From positions 104,718,001-104,782,000 of the forward strand of contig NC_091476.1 in the NCBI RefSeq assembly GCF_036971445.1: 64,000 nt of DNA, read 5' to 3'. The notes beneath the pieces are model-generated. The model ran no database searches. It saw only the letters and a program-made list of their open reading frames with translations, and was not told where the DNA came from. The position numbers were made by a program, and so were the translations under genes. The DNA comes from Narcine bancroftii. Its lineage: Eukaryota. Shown here one piece after another: positions 62,833-64,000 of the stretch; within the stretch, counting starts at the first letter, position 1, and each line of letters opens with the position of its first letter.

Positions 62833-64000
62833 CCAGTCTGTCCAATATCTCCTTAGACTGTAAGTGCAGCCCTCGATTCCAGACAGAATCATGGTGAATC
62901 TCATCTGCACTCTCTGTATTGTTACTTTATCCTACACTGAAGAGCTTGTTTCTGGCTGTAGAACTCAATGATTCTGTGATTGTGTATATGTTTACAGCCC
63001 TGTGCTTAATTATGGTTATTTGGTAATTTATGGTCTTCCTTTTTTAATTCATATTTTAAAGATCTGACCATCACTGGCAAGGCCAACATTTTATTGTCCA
63101 CACCCACTTACCTTGAGAATGTGGCGGTGAGTTCCAGTGACAGTGACAATTTGCTAATATATTTTCAGCTTGTGTGTGATTTGGAGGGGCACTTGCAGGT
63201 GGTGGTGTACCAATGTCTCTGCTTCTTGACTCCTTATTGATAGAGGTTATGTGTTTGTGGGGGGGGGGGTTGTCTCAGTAGTCTTTCTCTGTATTGTAGT
63301 ACATTTTGGACATGACACACATGCAACCACTGGAGGGAATAAATGTTTTAAGATGGAGAATGAGACAGCAGTCAAATGGGTTGAATATTGTTGAGCGCTT
63401 TGAGATTGTTGGAACTGCACTCATCCAGGTAAATGGAGACTATTCCATAAAGTTCCTAAGTGGTCCATTGGAGATGGTGGAAAGTCTTTGGAGTGTCAGA
63501 AAGTTGGTCATGCCACAGAATATTTAACCTCTGACCCACTCATGCAGCCTCTATATTAACGTGGTTGGTTCAGTTGAGTCCGTGGTGATTGGCAATATTC
63601 AGGGTATTCATGGTGGGTAACTCAACAATAGTAATGCCTCGAAATGTAGGTGGTTAGATTTTTTTGCAAATGGCTCCTACATAGCATATTTGTGGAGAAA
63701 ACATGCCTGAATGCGGTCTAGGTCATGCTGCATGTAGACATGAACTGCCTTATTTGTTGAAGAGTTATGAATGGAACTGAACATTGTGTAATTATTAATG
63801 AACATCCCTGCTCTGATAAGGAAAGACTTTGAGGAAGCAGTGGAAGGTGGTTGGGTCAAGGAGACTGCTTTGATGTTTTGGAGGTGGAATGACTGATCTT
63901 TAAATTCACAACCAACTTCCTGGTCTGAGACATGACACCAATCAGTAGTGTATTTTTTACCAGATGCCTATTGACTTCAATTTTGCCAGGGTTAATTGCT

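Noticed and set aside
56600-64000. Search for the nectin transmembrane exon
   Set aside because: No hydrophobic exon with a phase-2 donor found (56712-56897 is not a convincing TM); it probably lies outside the window.

Overview
Eukaryotic, repeat-rich vertebrate DNA. The repeat landscape (HE1/V-SINE-type SINEs, CR1, Rex1/Babar, RTE, Penelope-like) suggests a cartilaginous fish; this is inference. One 135-nt N gap lies at 32525-32659. The only host gene I can support is the 3' end of a nectin on the minus strand, most likely the NECTIN1 beta-type cytoplasmic cassette. Its four exons were read by hand and three are absent from the ORF track: 56457-56541 (IDLPPSHKPPPP...DDIQ), 33472-33582 (VVHLD...PYSEKS), and two in-frame alternative terminal exons. 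One, 27327-27470, ends in tandem ITIM/ITSM-like motifs (IQYAEL...VEYATI). The other, 21031-21246, ends in the afadin PDZ-binding motif EQYV. This suggests a splice/polyadenylation switch between an inhibitory-receptor-type tail and a junctional adhesion tail. The ectodomain and TM exons were not found and presumably lie beyond 64000. The rest is decayed mobile DNA: a Gypsy provirus with both LTRs and a nested L1, a solo LTR inside a Rex1 inside a SINE, TA-flanked MITEs, Penelope-derived foldbacks, SINEs with 5S and tRNA-Thr heads on the same tail, a 272-bp near-perfect hairpin and several minisatellites. All homology calls are from recalled family sequences, not database searches. Boundaries of old TE fragments are approximate.
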